This document shows, piece after piece, positions 1 through 13,020 of a stretch of 64,000 bases of DNA. Each line of letters opens with the position of its first letter. Within the stretch, counting starts at the first letter, position 1. Origin of the DNA: Octopus bimaculoides (Eukaryota). Where the stretch lies: assembly GCF_001194135.2 (NCBI RefSeq), contig NC_068999.1, forward strand, positions 48,340,242 through 48,404,241. Direction: 5' to 3'. The notes beneath the pieces are model-generated. The model did not search any database. It was not told where the DNA came from and saw only the letters and a list, made by a program, of their open reading frames with translations. The position numbers and the translations under genes were made by a program.

Positions 1-145
1 CGAGAACACTGGAGGTCTCCACTACCACAGGTTCAACCATAAACCTATCAGAGAGTGACTGATACCTTGTCAGTTTGCTTTTCTCAGCCTGACCTGGGCT
101 GGTGGCTGAACATACCATGTTGCTTCTGGAGAAGGTAAATATCAG
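1..145 (-). mobile_element. CRE-like non-LTR retrotransposon, restriction-like endonuclease C-terminal fragment (runs off window)
   Basis: Open frame TFSRSNMVCSATSPGQAEKSKLTRYQSLSDRFMVEPVVVETSSVLG resembles AExxKxxKYxxLxxxFxFxPxAVETxGxxG of CRE-clade elements. Confidence 0.6.
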
Positions 146-252
146 TCAATTAATGAACTCTTTTCTTCTATGACAGAAAGAGCAGTCAATCTCTGTAATG
201 TGAGTGACACTTATTACTCATACCACATACATAACCACCACCACCACACACA

Positions 253-472
253 TACGAGAGGTGCTGAAAAGTTCCTGGCTTTAAGGGTATCATGAAAAGC
301 CTGGCTGGAGGCCCAACGTTCCAAATTCTTTTACAGGGCTTAGAAAAACTATAAGACCACTGCAATACGTATGAGAATTTGAGAGGGGAACACATTGAAT
401 AAAATCATAATTAACTGATCCTCCTGTATTATCGTTTACCCAAAGCCAGGAACTTTTCAGCACCACCTCATA
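253..472 (+). mobile_element. Mariner-derived MITE with about 30-bp TIRs and TA flanks
   Basis: TACGAGAGGTGCTGAAAAGTTCCTGGCTTT ... AAAGCCAGGAACTTTTCAGCACCACCTCATA; internal LQGLEKL*DHCNTYENLRGEHIE* resembles a mariner C-terminus. Confidence 0.85.
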
Positions 473-2345
473 TGCATGCACTGTGGAAAGAAGAAAAGCA
501 ATGTTGGCCTTGACAAGATTCAAATTTTGAACATAAAAAGAACGGGGTAGATACTGTGTGGCTTTTGGTCACACAAGTAACTGGTTTGACAACTTAAGAG
601 GTTCTATTGTTAACTTCATGTGCATATTTATTGACTAGAGGTGGAAACCAAGTGCATATCATTCTTTGTCTTCTGAGAAAGTACATAAACATACACATGT
701 ACCTCCATGAATTTATTAGTGACATGCCCATACAGCTAATGATAGTAACTGGAATTTCAGCAAGGCACTTACATCATACAGTCGTGTGAATATCTAGAAT
801 GTGGAGAGATATCATCATCATCATCATTTCAATGTCTATTTTATTGAATTTATTGAGGCAACTTTTCCATGGCCAGATACCCTTCCTGTTGCCAACCGTT
901 ACCAGTTTCCAAACAAGTTAATATTTTCCTATGGCCAGACATGTTTTTACAGAATATTGGAAAAGAATGACATTCATCTATAACAACTGCGTAATGTCAA
1001 AACAAAAGATACAAACATACATATTGTTATAAATGAATGTCATCCGTTTCCAATATTCTGCAAAAACATGTCTGGAGATGTAGGGGACTCTGAATAGAAG
1101 TAGTATCTTTGATATCAGGCAGCGGTCCCTTGCCTGGGACACGACCTGCTGTCTATATTAATTTTATATATACATTGGACACTAAAAATCTTGCTTGCGA
1201 TTAGATTTTGGGATCAATCTGATACCAGACAAGGATTCTGGATTATTGTGATATTTTCTTTGTTTTTTGGGGGGGGATCAATTATATATATATATATATA
1301 TATCCTATCTTCTACTTGTTTCAGTCATTAGACTGTGGCCATGCTGGGGCTATGCTAATCTTCTTTGTATCATTCCAATTTTAGAATATGTACAGACACT
1401 TGCTGGCCTTGTGCCAAAATTTGAAAACAAGAAGGAATAATTTTATTAATTTTTTTCTTTAACATGTTGCATAAAATATCGCTAATATTTTGACAAAATA
1501 TTAGGATGTGTGACAAAATAGCTTGTTCTCAATGAATTCATTTACCAGTTACTATCTTTAACAACCCAAGGCCTCAATATGGTTGCATGACCTGCTAGAA
1601 ATAACAGCAATACTACTCTCAAATTGTACCTTGTTGTAATCAAGGAAAGGACCAAATAGACTATGCCCTTACACACCCCTGAAAAGATAAGATGCTGATG
1701 CTCACAGCTTTGATCATAGACCTGTTCAATCAGGGTGGACCACCCACCAAGGCATTTCCCACAATAATTACACACCAATTAACACAAGAAACTAATGAAT
1801 GAATGTGGTTCAAAATAAAAATGAAATCTCAAAAGCCATAATATTTTAAACATGAAATAAATAAATAAATAAATAAATATACATAAAATTTGACTTTTTG
1901 AAATTGTTTTTATTTGTTTATAAGTCAGTTATATATGTGTGTGTTTGTATGCATATACAATTAATTTTCTTGAAATTTATATCTCTATACAATCCACATG
2001 TATGTGCATGTGTGTGTTTACATTGGTGTGATGTCACATGCTATATATGTTTATGACACGTGTATGCTGTGTATCTATATAAAAGTGTTGTAACTTGTGG
2101 CACAAATGAACACACATACAGAAGTATGTCAATGCATACATAGATGTACACAGTTGTTAACATATATAATAACAGAGAAAGTATAAGTATATGCATAAAT
2201 TTATGTAAAATTATACACAAGCAATAAACCCACATTCAAATGCATACATGCATGAATGATCCCCTCTTCATATATATATATATATATATATATATCATCA
2301 TCATAATCATCGTTTAACATCCACTTTCCATGCTGGCATGGGTGG

Positions 2346-2384
<39 letters not shown>

Positions 2385-3114
2385 TATATGGGTACAGGAC
2401 GTCACAAAATGTAAACAACATGAAATATGAAAATAATGTTGGGTAAGCAAAGAACGAGAGAAACAATGGAAAACAAGACAAGTAAAATAAAAAAAATGAC
2501 CCTTCACCAGTTGTCGGTTGTCCTTCTACTCTTTATTTCAAGCAATGAATGGACCATTGCGCCTCCACACAATGTTCAATTAACACATCATGGAATTAAC
2601 CTTGATAATCAAGGTTTTTGTGAGGTATGTATGTATGTATTTATTTATTTATTTATTCTTTTACTTGTTTCAGTTATTGTGACTGCAGCCATGCTGAGGC
2701 ACCACCATTAGTCGAACAATTCGACCTCAGGACTTATTCTTTGTAAGCCTAGTACTTAATCTAGTGGTCTCTTTTGCTGAACTGCTAAGTTATGGGGGAT
2801 GCAAACACACTAACATCGGTTGTCAAGCGATGGTGTGTGTTGGTGGTGGGGGGGGGCAAACACAGACACACAAACATATACATATATGACAGGCTTCTTT
2901 CAGTTTCTGTCTACCAAATCCACTCACAAGGCCTAGGTCAGCCCGAGGCTATAGCAGAAGACACTTGCCCAAGGTGCCATGCAGCGGGACTGAAGCCAGA
3001 ACCATGTGGATGGTAAGCAAGCGACTTACCACACAGCCAATCCTGACACCTGTAGCTACTTACCACACAGACACTCCTGCGCCTGTAGCTACTTAACACA
3101 CAGACACTCCTGCG

Positions 3115-3157
<43 letters not shown>

Positions 3158-3287
3158 AAAAAATGGAACAAGAATGTAACAGGCAACAACAAAACATCCG
3201 GCAGTTAGACGATACAAAGAAGGACAGGAAAAAACAAGCCTTTTATTGTCATTTGAGTTCCAGGTCATACTGTAGTTTCAGCTGGTG

Positions 3288-3328
<41 letters not shown>

Positions 3329-3496
3329 GAGAGAGAGGAGGAATATGACTTAGTAGTTAACATGTTGGACTCATGATCATTAGATTGTAGTTTTAATTCC
3401 TGAAGTGGGTGATGCATTGTGTTCTTGAGTAAAACACTTCATTTCATGTTGCTCCAATCCACTCAGCAGGCAAAAATGAGTAATCATATATCTGTC

Positions 3497-3697
3497 GCAG
3501 CTGGTCTTACCAATCGGTCTCATGCTAGGAATACAACTGAGTGTTAGGTAACAATCTGATCACATAACCTTACACTCATCGGGGTTAGCTGATATGGAAA
3601 GGAATAACCTTGATGTGTGTAAGTTTATATAACCGGATTGTTACCTAACAATGTATTGTATTCCTAGTGTGAAGCGAATTGGTAAGATCAGCCATGA
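3497..3697. repeat. Head-to-head inverted pair of degenerate hammerhead-bearing units (same family as 51426-51517)
   Basis: 3497-3592 (-) and 3603-3697 (+) both align by eye to the 51426-51517 unit; cores decayed (CCGAUGA/GAGA; UUGAUGU/GAAG). Confidence 0.7.
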
Positions 3698-3821
3698 TTG
3701 ATATATAATACTGTACATTTCAGCTAATATACCCACTCTAGTGACAGATATATGAGTGCATCTTTTCCCTGACTTATGGACTCTTAGATGACTCACGTAT
3801 GTTTATATATATATATATATA

Positions 3822-4675
3822 AAAGGCAGACTGTATGATGCATGCGTACGAACAGCCATGCTACATGGCAGTGAAATATGGGCTGTAACTGCTGAGGACA
3901 TACGTAAGCTCGCAAGGAATGAAGCCAGTATGCTCCGTTGAATGTGTAATGTCAATGTGAATACCCGTCAGAGTGTAAGTATCTTGAGAGAAAAGCTGAA
4001 CATTAGAAGCATCAGTTGTGGTGTGCAAGAGAGACGATTGCGCTGGTATGGACATGTGGTGAGAATGGATGAGGATAGCTGCGCGAAAANNNNNNNNNNN
4101 NNNNNNNNNNNNNNNNNNNNNNNNNNNNNNNNNNNNNNNNNNNNNNNNNNNNNNNNNNNNNNNNNNNNNNNNNNNNNNNNNNNNNNNNNNNNNNNNNNNN
4201 NNNNNNNNNNNNNNNNNNNNNNNNNNNNNNNNNNNNNNNNNNNNNNNNNNNNNNNNNNNNNNNNNNNNNNNNNNNNNNNNNNNNNNNNNNNNNNNNNNNN
4301 NNNNNNNNNNNNNNNNNNNNNNNNNNNNNNNNNNNNNNNNNNNNNNNNNNNNNNNNNNNNNNNNNNNNNNNNNNNNNNNNNNNNNNNNNNNNNNNNNNNN
4401 NNNNNNGTTGCCAGTGCCCCTGGACTGGCTTGTGCAGGTGGCACATAAAAGACACCATTTCGAGCGTGGCCGTTTTTGTGCGGGTGACACGTAAAAGCAC
4501 CCACTACACTCTCTGAGTGGTTGGCGTTAGGAAGGGCATCCAGCTGTAGAAACTCTGCCAAATTAGATTGGAGCCTGGTGTTGCCATCCGGTTTCACCAG
4601 TCCTCAGTCAAATCGTCCAACCCATGCTAGCATGGAAAGCGGACGTTAAACGATGGTGATGATGATGATGATGAT
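3822..4675 (+). mobile_element. RTE-clade LINE 3' fragment spanning assembly gap 4090-4406, ending in (GAT)n tail
   Basis: KGRLYDACVRTAMLHGSEIWA...RRLRWYGHVVRMDEDSCAK with a single stop (3939-3941); 3' tail ...acccatgctagcatggaaagcggacgttaaacgatg(atg)n. Confidence 0.88.
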
Positions 4676-5666
4676 ATATATCTTGTGCGTACAGTTAGAT
4701 GTACGACTAATGTATAGATCTCTGTAAGAGAATGAAATAAACCGTTCCCCTGCTGATCCATAGCCATTAGGCTTCCAAATGCACTTGGAACATCCAATGC
4801 TGAGTTCCAAATAAATGTAACAGAGAAACATATGTAGGAGCTAATAATTTACACTTGCGTTTATCTTAATTTTCCACGTTACATACATATAACATCCAGT
4901 ACAATTTTGTAGGCATATATATTTTTAATTACCAATGTAATAACCTCATTGACTATATATAATTGGCGTATATAACAATTAATATAATTTTATTGACACT
5001 AGAAGGGTTTGCCTGTTTTGCAGTGCCCTTCCCACCATAAAAGATTAGCCAAAATCATTTATAGAATTTAGAAAAATATCCCAACAAACAAAGGTAAGCT
5101 TTGAAAGAATTAATACATTATTGCCAGGAATGCAGTACAGAGGAATCTAAAGACGCAGTCTTCAGCAATATGAATGCCTGCTAGTATGGACGAACCATTC
5201 TGGTGTTGGATTTTTTCTTTTTTCAACAGGCATGGCTGTGTGCTACCTGACAACATCGTTCCAGATTTAGTCCCACTGCATGGCACCTTGAGCAAGTGTC
5301 TTCTTCTATAGCCTTGGGCTGACCAAAGTGTTGTGTGTTTGCTGTCTCTGTGTCTGTCCTCCATCACAGCTTGACAACCAGTGTTGGTGTGTTTACATCC
5401 CCACAACTTTGTAGTTCAACAAAAGAGACTGATAGAATGAGTTACAAGTTTTAAAAAAAATAAGTACTGGGATCAATTTGTTTGACTAAAAATTCTTCAA
5501 GGTGGTGCCCCAGCGTGACCACAGTCTAATGACTGAAACAAGTAAAAGATAAAAGGTAAAAGATTTCTTTAAATAATGATATCAACATCAAATCAAATAT
5601 TGCTGAAGTAAAACTTACATTTGTGTTTTTCATAACAGAGATTATTTCAAACATTGATTTGATTAC

Positions 5667-5840
5667 CTCACGTAATTCCCCCATGTCACCCAATAACTCT
5701 GCTAAACATTTTGCGTTTGCTAAGGCTGATATGAGCAGACTGATAATTCATAGCTCATGTAATCCCCCATCTCACCCAGTGACTCTGCTAAACATTTTGT
5801 GTTTGTTAAGGCTGATGTGAGTGAAATGATGAATCATTGC
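5667..5840. repeat. About 87-bp tandem duplication
   Basis: ctca(c/t)gtaat...ctctgctaaacattttg...aaggctgat repeated twice. Confidence 0.8.
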
Positions 5841-7111
5841 TGTAAAAAAACAATGAAGATAATGAAAAGCTGAGATAAAAGATTTTACGCAGTCAACAAG
5901 ATAAGCTTGTAAAGATATCTTTTATATTTTACTTGGTTCAGTCATTTGACTGTGGCCATGCTAGGGCACTACCTTGAAGAATTTTTATTTGAACAAATCA
6001 CCCTAGTACATTTTTCTTTTTTAAAGCCTGGTACTTATTCTAGCAGTCTTTTTGCTGAATCAATAAGTTATGAAGGCGTAAATACACCAACAGCTGTTGT
6101 CAAGCAGTGATGAAAGACAAAAACACAGGCACAAAGACACACACACACACGTGTGTGTGTATGTATACAATGAGCTTCTTTCAGTTTTTCCTCTACTAAA
6201 TCTATTCACAAGGCTTTGGTCAGCCCAAGGCTACACTACAAGACACTTGCTCAAGATGCCATCAAGTGGGACTGAACCCAGAACCATGTGGTTGGGAAGC
6301 AAGCTCCTTACTACACAGCCAATAGTTTTTATTTAAAACTTTTTCCAAGAAATTGNNNNNNNNNNTATACCATTACATGCATTATTAATGCCTTATGACT
6401 AGCAAAAAAAAAAAAAAAGGAAAGAAAAAGTAAAGTAGAGTAAAAGAAAATTAATAAATTCAAATAATAAAATGAAATGAACTTATTTGAAAAGGCCAAT
6501 GAAGTTGTTACCCATGTTACCAAACCCAAAAGATATGAAAAATAAAATTTGAGTTGACCGGGAATTAAAGTTGGAACATATAAGGATTCGTGCATTGCAC
6601 CTTCTATCTATTACTTCAAGTTGAGTAATGCCTTGTGAGAGAAATTTGAGACAGAAACTTGAAGGAAGCCCATAATATGTATGTATGTGTGTGTACATGT
6701 GCTTGTGTGTGTGCATAAAGAAGATATATGCATCAATGAGAAATTTAGGATAAATTGGTGCATATCAAACAAAAAGCAAATACCAATAGATATTCTACCC
6801 CACTTGAGCTGTGCATAAATTTCCATTGGAAATGCAACAAGCAGGAGATGGACCCATAGGAACACTACAACCAATAATCCTCATGCCCACAAATACACAT
6901 TCATCATATTCTTTGACATCCACTTTTCCATGTTGGCATGGGTCAGATGGAATTTGTTGAGGCAGATTTTCTACAGCCGGATGCCCTTCATGCAGCCAAT
7001 CCTCACTCATTTCCCAGCAAGGATTATATTATAAACTCAACTGCTCTCACAAACAAGAATACTAAAAATGAACGCAACTGCTCTCAAAAATTTAAAAAAA
7101 CAGGAAAAATA

Positions 7112-7296
7112 ATCCAGAAACCTTGTCCAGTATCGGATCAATCCCAAAATCTAATCAGTTCATGCCAGTCATGGGGCCAAACATCCCTGAAAGTTCCATT
7201 CAAAATCCATCCAGCTGTTTTTCAGATATCTTGTCCACAGACAAACAAACACGACTGAAACCAATACCGCCGCCTTCACAAAGGCGGAGGTAATAA
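7112..7296 (-). mobile_element. Helentron/DINE-like non-autonomous element; 3' fragment also at about 1200-1250 (+)
   Basis: Minus strand TTACCTCCGCC-tttgtgaa-GGCGG hairpin followed by a GTTT/GTCT microsatellite; shared gattagattttgggat...ctggattatt segment. Confidence 0.45.
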
Positions 7297-7579
7297 AGAT
7301 GGTTTCAAATTTTGGTACAAGGTTAGCAATTTCAGGGAGGGGTGTAAGTCAATTACATTGACCCCCAGTACATGACTGGTACTTATTTCATTGATTCTGA
7401 AAGGATGAAAAGGCAAAGAAAACATTGGTGGAATTTGAACTCAGATGGATGAAATGTCACTAAGCATGTTGACTGACATGCTAATGATCTTGCCAGTCCA
7501 CTGCCTTTATAATAATAATGATAATAATAATAATAATAATAATAATAATCCTTTCTACTATAGGCACAAAGCTTGAAAT

Positions 7580-7614
<35 letters not shown>

Positions 7615-10600
7615 CATTTTCACTCTAAGCACAAGGCCTTGAAATTTTTGGGGTGAAGGGGGATAGTCGATTACATTGACTCCAGTATTTCACTGGTACT
7701 TAATTTATTGACCCTGAAAGGATGAAAGGCAAAGTCGACCTCGGCAGAATTTGAACTCAGAACATAAGGACGGACAAAATACCGCAAGGCATTTCTTCCA
7801 GCATGCTAACGATTCTGCCAGCTCACTACCTTGCGTTTATAATAATAATGGTTTCAAATTTTGCCACAAGTCCACACATTTTGGGGGTAGAGTACTCCAT
7901 TATTATTTTATTCTCTTGACCCCCTAGAAGGATGAAAGGCAAAATTGAATTTGATGGGATTCAAATTCAAAATGAAAAAAGGACAAAACTTAATACTACA
8001 AGGCACTTTGTTCGCTATTCTAATGGTTCTGCCTGCTATTGTTTTCCTAATCACAAAGTTTAATAACCCCTCAATTATCATTATCTATTTTCATCTTCCT
8101 CATTTAATTACTAGATTTAATTACTGGATTTAATTACTGCACTGAGTTTCAACATGGTGTATCACACCACAGCATAAGACAACATACATCAATGATGGTT
8201 CCAAAACAGAGTTGCTCAAACTGCTTGAAATAGCAGTTAAATATCCCTCAAAGCACATTATCTTATAATGGGGAAAACCCATTGAATAATGTGGTCCTGG
8301 ATGTAGATGAAAGGTCGGCTGGATATAATTGGCATATCTTCAACTAAAAATTATTTTTAAGTTGTTTTTTTTCGTGACTTAATTGAAGGACAACAGGCAA
8401 CACCCATGATCATTTTCAGAGCCTTCACAAGTGGTGGGAAGAAGTTATGCTTAGAGTGAAATCCTAGTCCAAATGCTTGCACCATACGTTCTTTTATTTG
8501 TTTCAGTCATTTGACTGCGGCCATGCTGGAACATCGCCTTTAGTTGAACAAATTGAATTATTCTTTGTAAGCCTACTACTTATTCTATCAGTCTATTTTG
8601 CCGAACCACTAAGTTACAGGACTTATTCTTTGTAAGCCTAGTACTTATTCTATCAGTCTATTTTGCCAAACTACTAAGTTACAGAGACGTACACACACCA
8701 GCATCAGTTGTCAAGCGATGTTGTGGGGACAAACACAGACACAGATATATATGACAGGCTTCTTTCAGTTTCCGCCTACCAAATCCACTCACAAGGCTTT
8801 GGTCGGCCCGAGGCTATAGTAGAAGACACTTTCCCAAGGTGCCATGCAGTGGAACCGAACCTGGAACCATGTGGTTGGTAAGCAAGCTACTTTATTTCAT
8901 TAAATTTACCACGAGGGCAGAACACAGAGGTAGCTTTGCAGGCTGGACGTAAACATTAATGAACATTAATGTTTATGAAATGATACAAGATGGGGGAGAA
9001 CAAACAACGCCCGCTGATTGCCGCCTCCTGGAAACATTGTTGTTTTTCAAAACACATTGAGGTTTTAAACCTCTTACATTAAACAAATTTGAGGTTCTCC
9101 TCTTACAAAAAAACACAATAACTTTAATGAGGCACTTTAAGTAAGTAAGCTACTTAACACACAGCCACTCCTGTGCCTGTATGTATAAATATCCTTTATC
9201 TTTAACATGTTTCAGTCATTAAACTGCAGCCATGCTGGGGCACCACTTTAAAGGGTTTAGTCTAACTAATCAACCCCAGGACTTCATTTTTTTTTTTTTG
9301 CCAAGACCAGTACTTATTCTATTGGTCTTTTTTTGCCAAACTGCTAAGTTACAGGAACATAAACAAACTAACACTGATTGTCAAGTAGTGGTGGAAGAAA
9401 CACAAAGACACACACACATATATATGTGATAGGCTTCTTTCAGTTTCCATCTAATAAATCCACTCATGAAGCTTTGGTCAACCTGGGGTTGTAGTAGAAG
9501 ACACTTGCCCAGGGTGCCATGTAGTGGGACTGAACCCGGAACCATGTGGTTCATAAGCAAGCTACTTACCACACAGCCACTCTGATTAAAAAATTATAAA
9601 ATAAGTGCAAAAGAGTTAGAAAAATCACATTTTATTTTTTTTATATACAAGAAAAGTATTTTTCTGCAAGAAGAAAGGCACAACTGATTGAACCAACCTC
9701 AATCCATTAACTGTAATTTATTTATCAATCAAGAATGGGAAAAGAATAAAGTCAGTCCCAGCAAGATTTGAACTCAAAACTATGGGGTACAAAAGCAGGT
9801 GTATGAAAGCAGCTGGTAATCTTGCACATTCTTATTGAGAACAAATTCTTACTAGGTACATGGTAAATGTGTAGGGCAGGGGAAGGAAGACATATAAACA
9901 CTTGGGTTTGTTAGAAATATATTTATCAGTCTTTTTTTAATATTTTTTTTCCAAATATTTATTCTGTGTTGCTGTGGCTTCTATCTCTTCTCTTAAATCC
10001 AGAGTATATTACAGGTATTTAAATAGCACTCTTATTGTTTCACTGCGTAAGACTGCGGCCACATCATATCACTGTCTTCACAGCTTTTAGTCAATTATAC
10101 CAAGCCAAGTACATACTTAATCTGGCATTTGTATGGTCAGTTATATAAAAAAAAAAAATAGAAAGTGAACAAAACAGTTAAGGGGAGATAGTTATGTCAG
10201 ACATATTAGATCTTGTCCACCTGATATAAACACACTAATGCACACATACACACACATGCATGTATATATATATATGAAAGAAAGAAAAGAAATAAAAATA
10301 CTGCGTGATCAAGGAAGAGGGAAGAGTGCTCAGTGCATATCGTAGAGTTTTATCTTATTTAAAGCAAACTGGAAATTTCACTAACCTCTATTGCAAGTTT
10401 CACATTACTGAGAATCACTAACATGAAATTTGAATAACAGCTTCTGAAATTTAATCTTGTAATCTATAACTGTCTGCATACGTGGTGTGTGTATCAACGT
10501 TTTGCTTAGGTATACAGGAATATTAATGACTCAGAGTTTGAATTCAATATATTTACATTATTTAGAATGAAACATTAGTTGGGTACAAAGCATAATATGA

Positions 10601-11101
10601 AATTGATAAAAATGACAAAGTAACAGATCATGTAACATTGGACTTGCTACTTCTTGTTCGTTTATCATTTATTTAAGTGTGTGTGCATGTGTACATGTGA
10701 ATGTTTTCTTCTATCAAATTTTAAGTGGCACTATTTAACCAAGACCAAAGTGTTGTACACTGGACAGTGGAAATTGGATCTGGATCCATGCCCATGTCCA
10801 TCGTCAGATAAAGATACTCCCTACTAAGAGATAAACAAAAGAACAACTAAATTAAAGCAATTCGAATGCATTGAGAATGTATCTAATGTTATATAGTCAA
10901 ATGATTTTACAATAAGATCAAATGTGACTTTATCATATTCAATATGTGATAAAATGACCAGAACCATCATGCTTGTGTTTAAATATCTACAAACTCATTT
11001 AATGATCTACATTTTAATTATTTAAATGAGGGGAGACAAAAAAGAAAAGAAAGGTGGAATAATACAGGGCAAAATCTTAACAGGGTCGTTCATAATGACG
11101 T

Positions 11102-11229
11102 TTACCACCACCACAAAAATGGTGACCATAGCATCGACCCAACTAGAGCACCGGTAGCCACGCCCATTGCAACGTCACAGCCAGTATAACGCTGGCGATA
11201 AGGTTCTTGTACGTAAATCTGTCTGGTAC
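11102..11229 (-). CDS. PLEKHB2: PLEKHB-like terminal coding exon (GTRQIYVQEPYRQRYTGCDVAMGVATGALVGSMLWSPFLWWW*)
   Basis: ttgtttttcag acceptor; 128 nt to TAA at 11102-11104; DxAxGxxxGA hydrophobic tail like evectins. Exon sum 43+146+110+203+128=630 nt = 209 aa + stop. Confidence 0.9.
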
Positions 11230-12589
11230 CTGAAAAACAAAATAAGAAAAAGATAAAAAATATTTCTCATGGATGCAAAGAGAAAATGCATTTGTGAGAA
11301 AACTAGCTTTTATCTTTTACTTGTTTCAGTCATTTGACAGCAGCCATGCTGGGGCACCGCCTTAAATGGTTTTTAGTTGAAGAAATTGACCCCAAAACTT
11401 ATTTTTTAAAGCCTGGTACTTATTCTATCAGTCATTTTTGCTGAACTAAGTTATGGGGACGTAAACACACCAAAACTGGTCGTCAAGTGGTGATGGGGGG
11501 GGGGGAGACAAATACAGATACAAAGACACACACACATAGATATACATATACATATATGATAGGCTTCCTTCAGTTTCCATCTATCATATCCACTCACAAG
11601 GCTTCAGTCGGCCTGAAGCTATAGTAGAAGACATTTGCCCAAGGTACCAAACAGTAGGACTGAACCTGGAACCATGTGGTTGAGAAGCAAGCGTCTTACC
11701 ACACAGCTACTCCTGTGTCTATATCAAAATTAATGTTCCAAACACCAGCTTAATAATGACTAAATGTTATTTTGCTATATTCTTCATTATTTTCAAAATT
11801 AATTGAATGAAGGGCAGCGTATTCCAATAGAAATAGGGTAACAAAAGGGATAAAAGACATTTATGCAGCTTTTATGTATAGTCAGCAAAAGCACATGGCT
11901 CAGTGGTTAGAATGTCAGGCTCACAATCATGACCTGGACTGGACTATGTGTTGTGTTCTTGAGCAAGACACTTCATTTCATGTTGCTCCAGTTCACTCAT
12001 CTGTAGAAATGAGTAGCAACATCACTGGTGCCAAACTGTATCAGTATTTGCTTTTCCCTTGGATAACATCGGTGGCATGCTGGTCTTCCATAAGCAACTT
12101 TGCCTGAACTTGTTCCTCAGAGGGTAACTTTCTAGGTGCAACCCCATGACCAAAGGGGGTCTTTATCCTTTACCCTTTACATATAGTTAATTATCTATTT
12201 CCTAAAAATCATCATTCTGCCTGTCACTTGAACAGGCATAGGGGATACTGTTATAAGATAGCTAGCAATAGTCAAATGGTCACTATAGTGTTTGAGAAGA
12301 GAATTAGAACTGTGTAGCATTGCCAGATGTCTTTAGCTAATGATCCCTGCAGGGTAGCTAGATCTTTGCAAGAAAGTCATGCTGTACTAAGATTTAATAC
12401 AAAGAAGGTGTGATAGCCAGTAGGGAGTTTGTTCATGGAAGGGACATTGAACAGGACAATTAACTGTAAGTAGAAGCTTCATGAATGTCTTTTTACCCTG
12501 TTGAGAATAGATGATAAAGATCTTACTGAATGATACTGAGATACCCTCAGCCTTCTTGATGATTTTTGAAATGTGGTTTGTCTGATACT

Positions 12590-13020
12590 AATCACTATTG
12601 ACAATAAAGCCCAGGTCACATTCACCAGCTGCTTCTATGTAACCCAATTAGCATACTAGGAAAATATATTCAGCTCATATAGCCTTGTTGTTGTTGACTA
12701 CACTCAGAATATCAAATCACTTTTATGCAGGCAGGTTACAATTCCCAAAATACAATGCATGCATTAATTCATTGTTTTTCCTTCACAAAAACAGGAAAAG
12801 TTTTATGTCATTGGCTGACATATCACTATCAGGTGACTTTCCCTGGCTATTATTCTTACAAGATTTCTGTTTAACCTAACTGCTGCATTTTCTTCTCCAG
12901 GCAATTTTATTTGTGCCACTGGTTGGGGGTCGAGGGCAGCTCATTTTCATGAATACACTCCAGATCATGTATCAGAACTAAAAAGAGTAATGGACCAAGC
13001 ACTGAACTGTGTTGGACTAG
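12590..13020 (-). mobile_element. CR1/L2-type LINE reverse transcriptase relic
   Basis: VQHSSVLGPLLFLVLIHDL (12961-13017; cf. GVPQGSVLGPLLF..IxDL) and GECDLGFIVNSD (about 12594-12626; cf. EKDLGV.IDS). Confidence 0.75.

Noticed and set aside
4575-4612. CUGAGGA-CUGGU-GAAACCGG motif on the minus strand of the RTE tail
   Set aside because: No real stem II, U16.1 replaced by A, antisense to the element, and not kept in other copies (e.g. about 27200)
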